Below are positions 1-7,315 of a DNA stretch of 20,000 bases, piece after piece. Position 1 is the first letter of the stretch. The number at the start of each line of letters is the position of its first letter. The DNA is from an uncultured virus (IMG/VR IMGVR_UViG_3300020430_001078). Its lineage: Duplodnaviria > Heunggongvirae > Uroviricota > Caudoviricetes. Made by a program: the position numbers and the translations under genes. The stretch lies in IMG/VR virus record IMGVR_UViG_3300020430_001078; one strand, given 5' to 3'. The notes beneath the pieces were generated by a model. The model made no database searches. It was not told where the DNA came from and worked only from the letters and a program-made list of their open reading frames with translations.

Positions 1-1
1 T

Positions 2-613
2 ACCTACTGGAATAGATTTAGATTAAGTATGATGGATCCACCTGATTACGAAAATGTTATTCCGCATGATGAATTATATCATTTGGAACACAAAAAAGGC
101 AAAATTGATTTGTGGTTGAAAAGACTGCACAATGAACAAAAGAACGTATTCGATATTCCGTTACAATGTTATCCACAAGATTATTCAAACAGATTACATT
201 TTAACGTGAAATTTGATCCAAGGTTCATGATGGGTGCTCCAGACCTAAGAGCAGAACCCTACATGAAAGTAAAAACTTGGATGGAGATTATGTCGTTGAA
301 AGCACAAAGGGAATGGTTTAAAGAGATGTTCATTCTACAAGAGCTTTGCCGACGTAATGGAGCAGAGCTGAAATTATTCAGCTTGAACAAGTGGACATGG
401 ATACCCGACGAAATGTTAATTCCAAAATTACGTAATTCATTTTACAATTTTGATTACATTCAAGTCGCCCCAAATCATGTAGAAGAATGGTTTTTACGTG
501 AAAAGAAGTTAAATATAACGAAGGAGACTGTTGATGGTGAACACTTCGGAGATGATATACACAAAATAATCGCTTTAGAATATCTACCACAACAATTCGG
601 AAAGGACAAATAA
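2..613 (+). CDS. Hypothetical protein, 5'-truncated by the window edge; possible SGNH/GDSL-like fold
   Basis: The frame is open from base 2 (TYWNRFRLS-MMD...), so the true start is probably upstream. The C-terminal DGEHF...H resembles the SGNH block V DxxH motif. The stop overlaps the next ATG (TAATG). Confidence 0.6.
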   Translation, partial: TYWNRFRLSMMDPPDYENVIPHDELYHLEHKKGKIDLWLKRLHNEQKNVFDIPLQCYPQDYSNRLHFNVKFDPRFMMGAPDLRAEPYMKVKTWMEIMSLKAQREWFKEMFILQELCRRNGAELKLFSLNKWTWIPDEMLIPKLRNSFYNFDYIQVAPNHVEEWFLREKKLNITKETVDGEHFGDDIHKIIALEYLPQQFGKDK

Positions 614-819
614 TGGCTGTAAACAGGGAAGAGATCATTAAATCTATGATTGCTCACGCAGAAGGACAGATTGCAAAACACAAGATGAATGTAGAAATAT
701 TTTTGCAAAATGGAGTAGGCGTTGGTGAACATAATGATGTACTCGAAACAATTGAAAAAGAAATCAATTCAATCGGAAAATACCAAGAACAATTAGATGT
801 ACTCAAAAATCATTTTTAG
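613..819 (+). CDS. Small helical/coiled-coil hypothetical protein (68 aa)
   Basis: AAGGA RBS, TAATG coupling to the upstream gene, amphipathic helical sequence. Confidence 0.75.
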   Translation: MAVNREEIIKSMIAHAEGQIAKHKMNVEIFLQNGVGVGEHNDVLETIEKEINSIGKYQEQLDVLKNHF

Positions 820-831
820 TGCAAATAAAAC

Positions 832-860
832 TTGACAAAAAACCTAAATAAGTGTATTAT
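832..860 (+). promoter_or_regulatory. Sigma70-type early promoter for the folE operon, with a late-like CTAAATA box in the spacer
   Basis: TTGACA (832-837), 17-nt spacer, TATTAT (855-860); CTAAATA at 844-850. Confidence 0.75.
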
Positions 861-869
861 AACTTAATA

Positions 870-900
870 AGGCGAAGACATCCTCGTCTATAACTCGGAG
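870..900 (+). promoter_or_regulatory. Candidate structured 5' leader of folE (hairpin or pseudoknot near the RBS)
   Basis: A GC-richer patch in an AT-rich spacer. Alternative stems are AGGCGA(870-875)/TCGTCT(884-889) or AGAC(876-879)/GTCT(886-889). Loop TCC (881-883) is complementary to GGA of the GGAG RBS (897-900). Confidence 0.3.
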
Positions 901-907
901 AAGAAAA

Positions 908-1594
908 TTGATTAAAAGCGAAGAAATTATTAAACGGATAAAAGACTCAGGTACTACGTACTGGGCAGGTGACAATATATCCCAACATTTACAACCAGGC
1001 GATAAAGAAGCACTGATTGAAGAACTTGTTCCAAAGTTTGAAGCGGTGTTAGATAGCCTGGTTATCGATCGACACAATGATCCCAACAGTATGGACACAG
1101 GCAGACGTCTTGCTAAGATGTACATCAATGAATTGATGAGTGGACGTTATGAACCTATGCCCAATGCAACTGCATTTCCTAATCACGTAACAGATGGTTA
1201 CAAAGGTATGTTGGTTGTAAGAAGTGAAATTAAAAGTTTATGCAGTCATCATCATCAACCAGTGAACGGTGTTGCATACATAGGAATTATTGCCGCGGAC
1301 ACATTGATAGGTTTGAGCAAGTACACAAGGATTGCACAATGGTGTGCAAGACGTGGTACATTACAAGAAGAACTTAACAACGTAATTGCAAATGAAATAC
1401 AAACTGCAACTGGTAGTCCGAACGTTGGTGTATATTTACAAGCAACACATGGTTGTTGTGAAAACAGAGGAATAAGAGCTCACAGTAGTTTGACACAGAC
1501 AACTGTATTGCGTGGAGCATTTGGTGAAGATCCAGGAACCAAGAAGGAGTTCATGGACAACATCAAGTTACAACAAGAATTTGCACCAAGGTAG
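908..1594 (+). CDS. folE: GTP cyclohydrolase I (type IA)
   Basis: Motifs SLCSHHHQP (Zn Cys/His), IGLSKYTRIAQWCARR, LQEEL and ATHGCCENRG. TTG start with GGAG RBS 7 nt upstream. Confidence 0.95.
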   Translation: MIKSEEIIKRIKDSGTTYWAGDNISQHLQPGDKEALIEELVPKFEAVLDSLVIDRHNDPNSMDTGRRLAKMYINELMSGRYEPMPNATAFPNHVTDGYKGMLVVRSEIKSLCSHHHQPVNGVAYIGIIAADTLIGLSKYTRIAQWCARRGTLQEELNNVIANEIQTATGSPNVGVYLQATHGCCENRGIRAHSSLTQTTVLRGAFGEDPGTKKEFMDNIKLQQEFAPR

Positions 1595-1606
1595 ACGGAG
1601 GGCAGT

Positions 1607-1984
1607 ATGAAAAAGTTTATGGTCAGTGCGGCAACAGTTCTGTTCGATGACTCGAAGAACGATCTACGTGCTTTACCTAAGACAGTTAGATTACAATTAT
1701 TGACTGTTTTAAGTTTTGTTTGGTCGACAGCATTTACACTTTACATATGGGGATTGCTTAGAGCTGACATATGGACGGCACTTGTAGTAGGACACATAGC
1801 AATTATTTTTGCTTCATACTATACATTTAAGCAGTTTCATGAAGCAAGAAAAAGCATCGCTGGTTTTGATACTGGATATAGATCATATGGCAGAGGAAGA
1901 CAGTTTGTGATTATGAGAGACAAAAAGAATCGACCTTACAAGGTAAACTTGCCTGAAGGCGACCCAGGAGGAGAACATGAATAG
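1607..1984 (+). CDS. Membrane protein, about 2 TM helices (125 aa)
   Basis: GGAGG RBS. Hydrophobic segments LLTVLSFVWSTAFTLYIWGLL and IWTALVVGHIAIIFASYY. Confidence 0.75.
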   Translation: MKKFMVSAATVLFDDSKNDLRALPKTVRLQLLTVLSFVWSTAFTLYIWGLLRADIWTALVVGHIAIIFASYYTFKQFHEARKSIAGFDTGYRSYGRGRQFVIMRDKKNRPYKVNLPEGDPGGEHE

Positions 1985-2204
1985 AGAAGAAGAACAACTT
2001 GAGTTATTTGATACAACGGATCAGTTCGGTAACGATACTCATGCCGCACCTAAACTTCCAAAGGTGGACAAGGGTTTCAAGGCACGATTTATTGATCCTA
2101 AAAATCAAACTAACCTAGGGGACAGTTATTTTAACCTAGGCAATCATATCTTGATTATAGGCTTTATTGCTATGATAAGTTTTGTAGTCTATGCAAGTTA
2201 TTAA
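1977..2204 (+). CDS. Small protein with a C-terminal membrane anchor (75 aa)
   Basis: AGGAGGAG RBS, overlaps the upstream stop, C-terminal ILIIGFIAMISFVVYASY. Confidence 0.7.
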   Translation: MNREEEQLELFDTTDQFGNDTHAAPKLPKVDKGFKARFIDPKNQTNLGDSYFNLGNHILIIGFIAMISFVVYASY

Positions 2205-2213
2205 GGAGAACAA

Positions 2214-2462
2214 ATGCCAATACCAGAAAAGATCATAATACCAGCAAGTAAGGATCCAGGTGAAGGACACTTTGCGGTTAGTATTGTAAAAAGTATTTTT
2301 AGATTTGTAGCAAGTGGTATGCTCTGCTACGCAGGTTATTCTCTGTGGTCAGAGAATAATTACAGTGATATTTTTATTGCTGAAGCTGGATTCATGATGA
2401 TGTGTGCAGGAGCAATATTTTTCATAGCAGAAGTGCTTGGAATAATCGAGGAGATAGTATAA
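2214..2462 (+). CDS. Small 2-TM membrane protein (82 aa)
   Basis: AAGGAG RBS; two hydrophobic stretches. Confidence 0.75.
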   Translation: MPIPEKIIIPASKDPGEGHFAVSIVKSIFRFVASGMLCYAGYSLWSENNYSDIFIAEAGFMMMCAGAIFFIAEVLGIIEEIV

Positions 2463-2647
2463 TGAAAGAAGGACCAATGAAAGAACATTTTGAAAGAGAT
2501 GATGCTGGAATCATAAAAGCAGTATTCATCACGTATCGCAAAAAGAACGGATCTCTTGTAAAAGAGACTTCCGAACGTAGATTCTATGGTGACGGTGATT
2601 ACACTGACAGCTATATTGATGAACCTTTAGCTAGTTTGGGTGACTAA
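2462..2647 (+). CDS. Small soluble hypothetical protein (61 aa; start revised from 2402)
   Basis: GAGGAG at 2448-2453 and a TAATG overlap favour ATG 2462 (MKEGPMKEHFERDD...). Confidence 0.7.
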   Translation: MKEGPMKEHFERDDAGIIKAVFITYRKKNGSLVKETSERRFYGDGDYTDSYIDEPLASLGD

Positions 2648-2648
2648 A

Positions 2649-2798
2649 ATGGGATTGTTCAGCAAAAAGGATAGGCCACATTGGGAAGTAATGGCAGATG
2701 ATGGAATGAATAAGTTTTTGAAATTCTGTATATTTTGTCTCTTTACATATGGCGGATATCATGTTATAATAGCACTATATGATAGGTTTGCAGGATGA
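2649..2798 (+). CDS. Unannotated 49-aa membrane microprotein
   Basis: Read by hand: MGLFSKKDRPHWEVMADDGMNKFLKFCIFCLFTYGGYHVIIALYDRFAG*. It fills the gap exactly and overlaps the flavodoxin start (ATGA). Confidence 0.7.
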   Translation: MGLFSKKDRPHWEVMADDGMNKFLKFCIFCLFTYGGYHVIIALYDRFAG

Positions 2799-3301
2799 CT
2801 GAAAGAATTGGTATTATGTATGGTTCAACGACCGCAAATAGTGAACGTACTGCGGAAACTATTTGGGATATTATGAAAGAAACTGAACTGCATGATATTA
2901 AAGATGGCGTAGATGTTTTGGAACAATATGAAAAAATTATATTGGTTTCTCCCACATGGGACTATGGTGCATTACAAGAAGATTACATCGAAGCATGGGA
3001 TAAATTAAAAACAGTGAATTGGAAAAACAAAAGTGTTGCATTGGTTGGACTAGGCGATCAAGTTGGTTATGGTGATTTGTATCAAGACAGCATGAGTACA
3101 TTATATGAAATGATCAAAGAACTAGGAGGTCAATTTGTTGGCTTTACAAGTACAGAAGGACACAAATATGATCAAAGCAAAGCAACAAGGGGTGATAAGT
3201 TTGTTGGTCTTGCTATTGATGAAGACAATCAATCTAGTCTTAGCACAGAACGTATCAATGCTTGGATAGAACAGTTAAGATCCACTTGGAGTTTAAATTA
3301 A
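2795..3301 (+). CDS. fldA: Long-chain flavodoxin
   Basis: FMN loop YGSTTANSE, SPTWDYGALQED, GLGDQVGY, and the long-chain insert G.KFVGLAIDEDNQ..S.ERI.AW. Confidence 0.92.
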   Translation: MTERIGIMYGSTTANSERTAETIWDIMKETELHDIKDGVDVLEQYEKIILVSPTWDYGALQEDYIEAWDKLKTVNWKNKSVALVGLGDQVGYGDLYQDSMSTLYEMIKELGGQFVGFTSTEGHKYDQSKATRGDKFVGLAIDEDNQSSLSTERINAWIEQLRSTWSLN

Positions 3302-4242
3302 TGACAACTGTACACAACACAGGTAGATCAAGAGATAAGGCTGTAACAAAGGTACGTAAATATTATTACAGTGAAATATTTCACAGTATTCAAGGTGAAG
3401 GACATTACACAGGTGCTCCAACGGCTTGGATAAGATTCTTCTTGTGTAACTTACAATGCAATGGCTTTGGACAACTAGATCCAACTAATCCAGACACATA
3501 TGAATTGCCATTTGAAGAGTTTGATGTAAGTTCTGTAAAGAGAGTAGAAGACTTGCCTGTGTGGGAACGTGGTTGTGATAGTTCTTATACTTGGGCAAAG
3601 AAGTTCAAAGGACTTATGGGACAAGAAACTCCTGAGGTTATTGCAAACAAAATTATTAACATATTGAAAACAGACAGCAATCCAGAAGGATTGTTTTTGC
3701 ATCCTGTGAGTAACTTTAGACAGCATTTGTGTATCACAGGAGGTGAGCCTTTGATGACTACAGGTCAACAAGCAACCATTGGTATATATGCTGAACTTAA
3801 AAGACAGAACAATTTGCCAGGATCAATGACATTTGAAACAAATGGTACACAACAACTAAGGCCAGAGTTTATTGAATGGGGTAAAAGTATAGACACAGAA
3901 ATATTTTTTAGTTGTAGTCCTAAATTGTACACAGTATCTGGTGAACATCCAGACAAAGCAATTAAGCCTGAGAGAGTAGCAGAATACTTACAGGTGAGTA
4001 GAAAAGGACAACTTAAATTCGTTGTTGGAGCAAAACAACGTGAATGGGACGAGATGGAGTCAACAGTTGAGAAGTTTAGAAAAGCAGGTGTTGATTGGCC
4101 AGTATGGATAATGCCTACAGGTGCAAGAGAAGAAGAACAGACTGCGTCAGCAGGAAAGATTGCGGAGAAGGCGTTTAAGCGAGGATACAATGTGGCGGCA
4201 AGAGTCCATGTGTATCTATTTGGAAATGCAATAGGCACGTAG
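3301..4242 (+). CDS. queE: 7-carboxy-7-deazaguanine synthase-type radical SAM enzyme (313 aa; start revised from 3262)
   Basis: SEIFHSIQGEG.YTG, IRF..CNLQC...GCDS, ITGGEP, FETNGT, SPKL, LKFVV and RVHVYLFG; folE is in the same operon; TAATG coupling to flavodoxin. Confidence 0.88.
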   Translation: MTTVHNTGRSRDKAVTKVRKYYYSEIFHSIQGEGHYTGAPTAWIRFFLCNLQCNGFGQLDPTNPDTYELPFEEFDVSSVKRVEDLPVWERGCDSSYTWAKKFKGLMGQETPEVIANKIINILKTDSNPEGLFLHPVSNFRQHLCITGGEPLMTTGQQATIGIYAELKRQNNLPGSMTFETNGTQQLRPEFIEWGKSIDTEIFFSCSPKLYTVSGEHPDKAIKPERVAEYLQVSRKGQLKFVVGAKQREWDEMESTVEKFRKAGVDWPVWIMPTGAREEEQTASAGKIAEKAFKRGYNVAARVHVYLFGNAIGT

Positions 4243-4253
4243 GAGGTGTTATT

Positions 4254-4604
4254 ATGAAACCATTAAGAACAATTATTGTAGTATTTGTATTTTTTCTAGG
4301 GATACTTATCTACAAAAATTCAGAGGCCGCTGATTGGCAAGAAAAGCCAATAGTATGTATGCAGTGGCATGAAGTAGAAATTGGATTAACTGAAAGGGGA
4401 GAAATACTACTTTCTCAAGGTATCCAAACAACCACTGTACGTGATGTGGAAGGATATTCGGAAGTGCCAGTGTTTTTACCTCTGTCAATATACGTCAATC
4501 CAAAAACAAAAACGTATACAATACTAGAGTACCATCCTGGTTATGAAACTTATTGTGTGATAAGTTATGGACAGGAATTTGGAAACTACGGAGAAAAAAC
4601 ATGA
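4254..4604 (+). CDS. Exported/periplasmic hypothetical protein with signal peptide (116 aa)
   Basis: AGGAGG RBS. N-terminal MKPLR plus hydrophobic core plus SEA-A cleavage-like site. Two Cys could form a disulfide. Confidence 0.75.
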   Translation: MKPLRTIIVVFVFFLGILIYKNSEAADWQEKPIVCMQWHEVEIGLTERGEILLSQGIQTTTVRDVEGYSEVPVFLPLSIYVNPKTKTYTILEYHPGYETYCVISYGQEFGNYGEKT

Positions 4605-4981
4605 AAGACTTTTTAAACAAAGTCAAGAATAAGTTCAAAAAAGATCCAAAAGCGGAAACTTCTGAACAGAAAAGACTGCGTCTTTTACAAGAAGAAAAGA
4701 AGGCGGCTACAAAGGCTAAGAAGCCTTGGGTGGCTGTTTTGAATACTCATGTCAATCATCATGATATCAAGAATGGATTTTTTGAATTAGATTGGAACAA
4801 TGAGTTTATTGAACAATTACTTGACGCAGGATACAAAGGCGAAACAAATGAACAGATTGTTGATGCATGGTTCAAAACTATTGCAAGAAACATTTTGGAA
4901 GAACAAGGACTTGACCCAAATAGAAATTCAGGGTATATTAATATTAACAAAAGAGATGATGGTAAAACGGAGGTAAGCTAA
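4601..4981 (+). CDS. Hypothetical phage protein (126 aa; start revised from 4553)
   Basis: GGAG at 4591-4594 and an ATGA overlap support ATG 4601 (MKDFLNK...). Globular C-terminal part PWVAVL...NGFFELDWN. Confidence 0.8.
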   Translation: MKDFLNKVKNKFKKDPKAETSEQKRLRLLQEEKKAATKAKKPWVAVLNTHVNHHDIKNGFFELDWNNEFIEQLLDAGYKGETNEQIVDAWFKTIARNILEEQGLDPNRNSGYININKRDDGKTEVS

Positions 4982-5069
4982 TGTCACCTAATCCAAATTA
5001 TATAAACATGATAATTAACTTTTCAATACTTGGTGTATTATTTTACGTTGCGGTACAGGTAAGCTAATG
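4971..5069 (+). repeat. Exact 13-bp direct repeat AGGTAAGCTAATG flanking the 28-aa ORF
   Basis: Copies at 4971-4983 and 5057-5069. Each contains an RBS-like AGGT plus stop/start TAATG. Confidence 0.9.
4981..5067 (+). CDS. Unannotated 28-aa single-TM microprotein
   Basis: MSPNPNYINMIINFSILGVLFYVAVQVS*; GGAGG RBS; TAATG overlaps at both ends. Confidence 0.7.
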   Translation: MSPNPNYINMIINFSILGVLFYVAVQVS

Positions 5070-6050
5070 AAATACGTTTTGGTTGATACTGCGAATACTT
5101 TCTTTAGAGCTCGTCATGTGGTACGTGGTGAGTTAGATATGAAAGTAGGTATGGCATTTCACATAACATTCAACAGTTTGAAAAAGGCATGGAATGACTT
5201 TGATGCTGATCATATTGTTTTTTGTTTAGAAGGAAGAAGCTGGCGTAAGGATTTTTATCAACCTTATAAACGTAACAGACAAGAATTTAGAGATGCTTTG
5301 ACAGAAGCACAACAACAAGAAGAAAAAATCTTCTGGGAAACATTTGACAAGTTCCGTGAATTTATTACACAGAAAACTAATTGCACAGTTTTACAACATG
5401 ATGAATTAGAAGCAGATGATCTTATTGCAGGTTGGATACAACATCACCCAAATGATGAACACATTATTATTTCAACTGATGGAGATTTTGCACAATTAAT
5501 AAGTCCAAAGGTATCGCAATACAACGGCATATCTAATACTACTATCACACACGAAGGTTATTTTGATGACAAAGGCAAAAGTGTATTAGACAAAAAGACT
5601 GGCAAAGAAAAAAATGCTCCGAACCCAGAATGGTTGTTGTTTGAAAAATGTATGAGAGGCGATACAAGTGACAATGTATTTTCCGCTTATCCAGGTGTCA
5701 GAGTAAAAGGCACAAAGAACAAAGTAGGACTTGAAGAAGCATTCGCAGACAAAAGCAACAAAGGTTATGCTTGGAACAACTTGATGTTACAACGTTGGGT
5801 TGATCATGAAGGCAAAGAACATAGAGTACTTGATGACTACAATAGAAATGTTACATTATGTGATTTGACAGCACAGCCTGAGAATATTAAAGATAAAATA
5901 AAAAACACTATATCAGAAAATGCACAACCTAAGGACGTTAAACAAGTAGGATTAAGACTTATGAAATTTTGTGCAATTTATGATATGCAAAGAATTACTG
6001 ATAATGCACAGGCTTATGCTGAACCATTACAAGCAAGGTATCCTGTATGA
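5067..6050 (+). CDS. 5'-3' exonuclease / flap endonuclease (T4 RNase H, T5 D15, PolI N-terminal family)
   Basis: VLVDTAN..FR, WRK..Y..YK.NR, EADDLIA, IISTDGDFAQL and KCMRGDTSDNV (H3TH). Confidence 0.92.
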   Translation: MKYVLVDTANTFFRARHVVRGELDMKVGMAFHITFNSLKKAWNDFDADHIVFCLEGRSWRKDFYQPYKRNRQEFRDALTEAQQQEEKIFWETFDKFREFITQKTNCTVLQHDELEADDLIAGWIQHHPNDEHIIISTDGDFAQLISPKVSQYNGISNTTITHEGYFDDKGKSVLDKKTGKEKNAPNPEWLLFEKCMRGDTSDNVFSAYPGVRVKGTKNKVGLEEAFADKSNKGYAWNNLMLQRWVDHEGKEHRVLDDYNRNVTLCDLTAQPENIKDKIKNTISENAQPKDVKQVGLRLMKFCAIYDMQRITDNAQAYAEPLQARYPV

Positions 6051-6238
6051 AGCTAGATAGAAAGATTCTATTTTTGTTGGGTGTAATTACAGTAGGATTG
6101 ATCTTTAGTTTAGGTGCGAACGCATATTTGTTAAATGAGATAACGGATATTAGAATAATATTAGATTCACAATTTGAAGTAATATCAAACATAATGATGA
6201 TGTTAGGCTTTGAATTAAAAGAATTACCATTAATATAG
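6047..6238 (+). CDS. Small membrane protein (63 aa)
   Basis: ATGA overlap; N-terminal TM ILFLLGVITVGLIFSLGA. Confidence 0.7.
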   Translation: MKLDRKILFLLGVITVGLIFSLGANAYLLNEITDIRIILDSQFEVISNIMMMLGFELKELPLI

Positions 6239-6250
6239 GAAGGTACATAT

Positions 6251-6733
6251 ATGACATCTTTAAAAGCAAACGAAATACTTAAAAACAAGTTTTGGATTAT
6301 TGAAGATAAAGACACTAATGAAAAAGTAGGTACGTTGTCAAAAGATCAAGACAATAGATATATGTATTCATGTGTAGACGGATCTTGGTTCTATGACAGC
6401 AAGAATTCAGTAGAAAGAGATCTAGGACACATACTATGGTCAAAAGGTAGCATATCAGATAAGGCAAGTCCAAGCAAAGAAATATATGACTTGCCAACAT
6501 CAACTAATCCTTACAATGCTATGTTTGATCTAAAAAGAAAATTTGCTTTGTTTACAAAAAGTAAAAAGTCAAAGAGCTTGTATTGTGCAGGTTATTTTTG
6601 TATTCATTTTGAAAAGGGTTGGGTCAAGAGTTTTTGTCCTAAATTAGTTACTTTAGAAAAGTATGAACACAGAGGCCCTTTTAAAACAGAGCTAGAAATG
6701 AGAGCGGAGTTAAGTCATGTCAACAGACATTAA
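6251..6733 (+). CDS. Hypothetical phage protein (160 aa)
   Basis: AGGAAGG RBS; aromatic/Cys-containing globular sequence (YCAGYFCI, SFCPKL, GPFKT). Confidence 0.8.
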   Translation: MTSLKANEILKNKFWIIEDKDTNEKVGTLSKDQDNRYMYSCVDGSWFYDSKNSVERDLGHILWSKGSISDKASPSKEIYDLPTSTNPYNAMFDLKRKFALFTKSKKSKSLYCAGYFCIHFEKGWVKSFCPKLVTLEKYEHRGPFKTELEMRAELSHVNRH

Positions 6734-6959
6734 ACCCTTAAACACCATTCCTTTGCAACAATACATTGATAAAGTTAAAGTTGCAGACAGCACTAACCAA
6801 CAAGAAGTACGTATGACGCTAATAGAAGCTAAAAACCTGGCATTTACACTAGCAGGTGTAATGTCAAGATTACATGGTGATCTTGAAAAGCTAGTAGACA
6901 AGCAAAATAATACAGAAGAAGTTGTTAGTGTTGCCGTAGATGGTGGTAAGACCTGGTAG
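6717..6959 (+). CDS. Hypothetical protein (80 aa)
   Basis: GGAG RBS, overlaps the upstream gene end, helical composition. Confidence 0.75.
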   Translation: MSTDIKPLNTIPLQQYIDKVKVADSTNQQEVRMTLIEAKNLAFTLAGVMSRLHGDLEKLVDKQNNTEEVVSVAVDGGKTW

Positions 6960-6987
6960 CATAATCCAATAAACTACGTATATTACT

Positions 6988-7017
6988 CTTATACTTTGAT
7001 AAATATTAGTATAAGGA
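6988..7017 (+). promoter_or_regulatory. Late promoter (GATAAATA) in the loop of an RBS-sequestering hairpin
   Basis: Perfect 8-bp inverted repeat CTTATACT (6988-6995) / AGTATAAG (7008-7015). The loop holds ATAAATA (6999-7005). The 3' arm overlaps the AAGGA RBS (7013-7017) of the ORF at 7025. Confidence 0.65.
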
Positions 7018-7024
7018 ACTTAAT

Positions 7025-7315
7025 ATGAGTAGACCTAAACCAACAGTCGTTTTAGAACACGTTAATAAAAAGACGTATAAGTCTGAGCAGGTGCTCGATG
7101 CTGAAGCCATCTGGGCAGTATTTTATAAAGACAAACCTTTCAATCTAAAAAGTTCTAACGTGCTAACAAACTACCCAGGACCTAAATACAAGAAAGTATC
7201 TTTTAGTAATCCAGGTCATGCTTTTAATTTAGCAAATAAATTAAATGAATTGTTTGACGTTAAAGATTTCACAGTAGTAAAACTCACTTCCGGCGAAACA
7301 GTTAAGGAAGAATAA
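7025..7315 (+). CDS. Basic hypothetical phage protein (96 aa), probably late-expressed
   Basis: AAGGA RBS; MSRPKP...YPGPKYKKVSFSNPGHA; follows the late promoter box. Confidence 0.85.
   Translation: MSRPKPTVVLEHVNKKTYKSEQVLDAEAIWAVFYKDKPFNLKSSNVLTNYPGPKYKKVSFSNPGHAFNLANKLNELFDVKDFTVVKLTSGETVKEE

Noticed and set aside
867..907. Assigning the folE leader to a known THF-II or preQ1-I riboswitch
   Set aside because: It is too short for THF-II as I recall it, and the loop length and sequence do not fit the preQ1-I consensus. It is kept only as an unassigned candidate.
2111..2140. TAACCTAGG repeated 21 nt apart
   Set aside because: There are two in-frame copies encoding NLG within a gene. This is not an array.
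3301..4242. Calling the radical SAM protein an NrdG/PFL activase
   Set aside because: The SIQGEG, ETNGT, SPKL and R.H...G motifs together with folE linkage favour QueE, and no nrdD is nearby.
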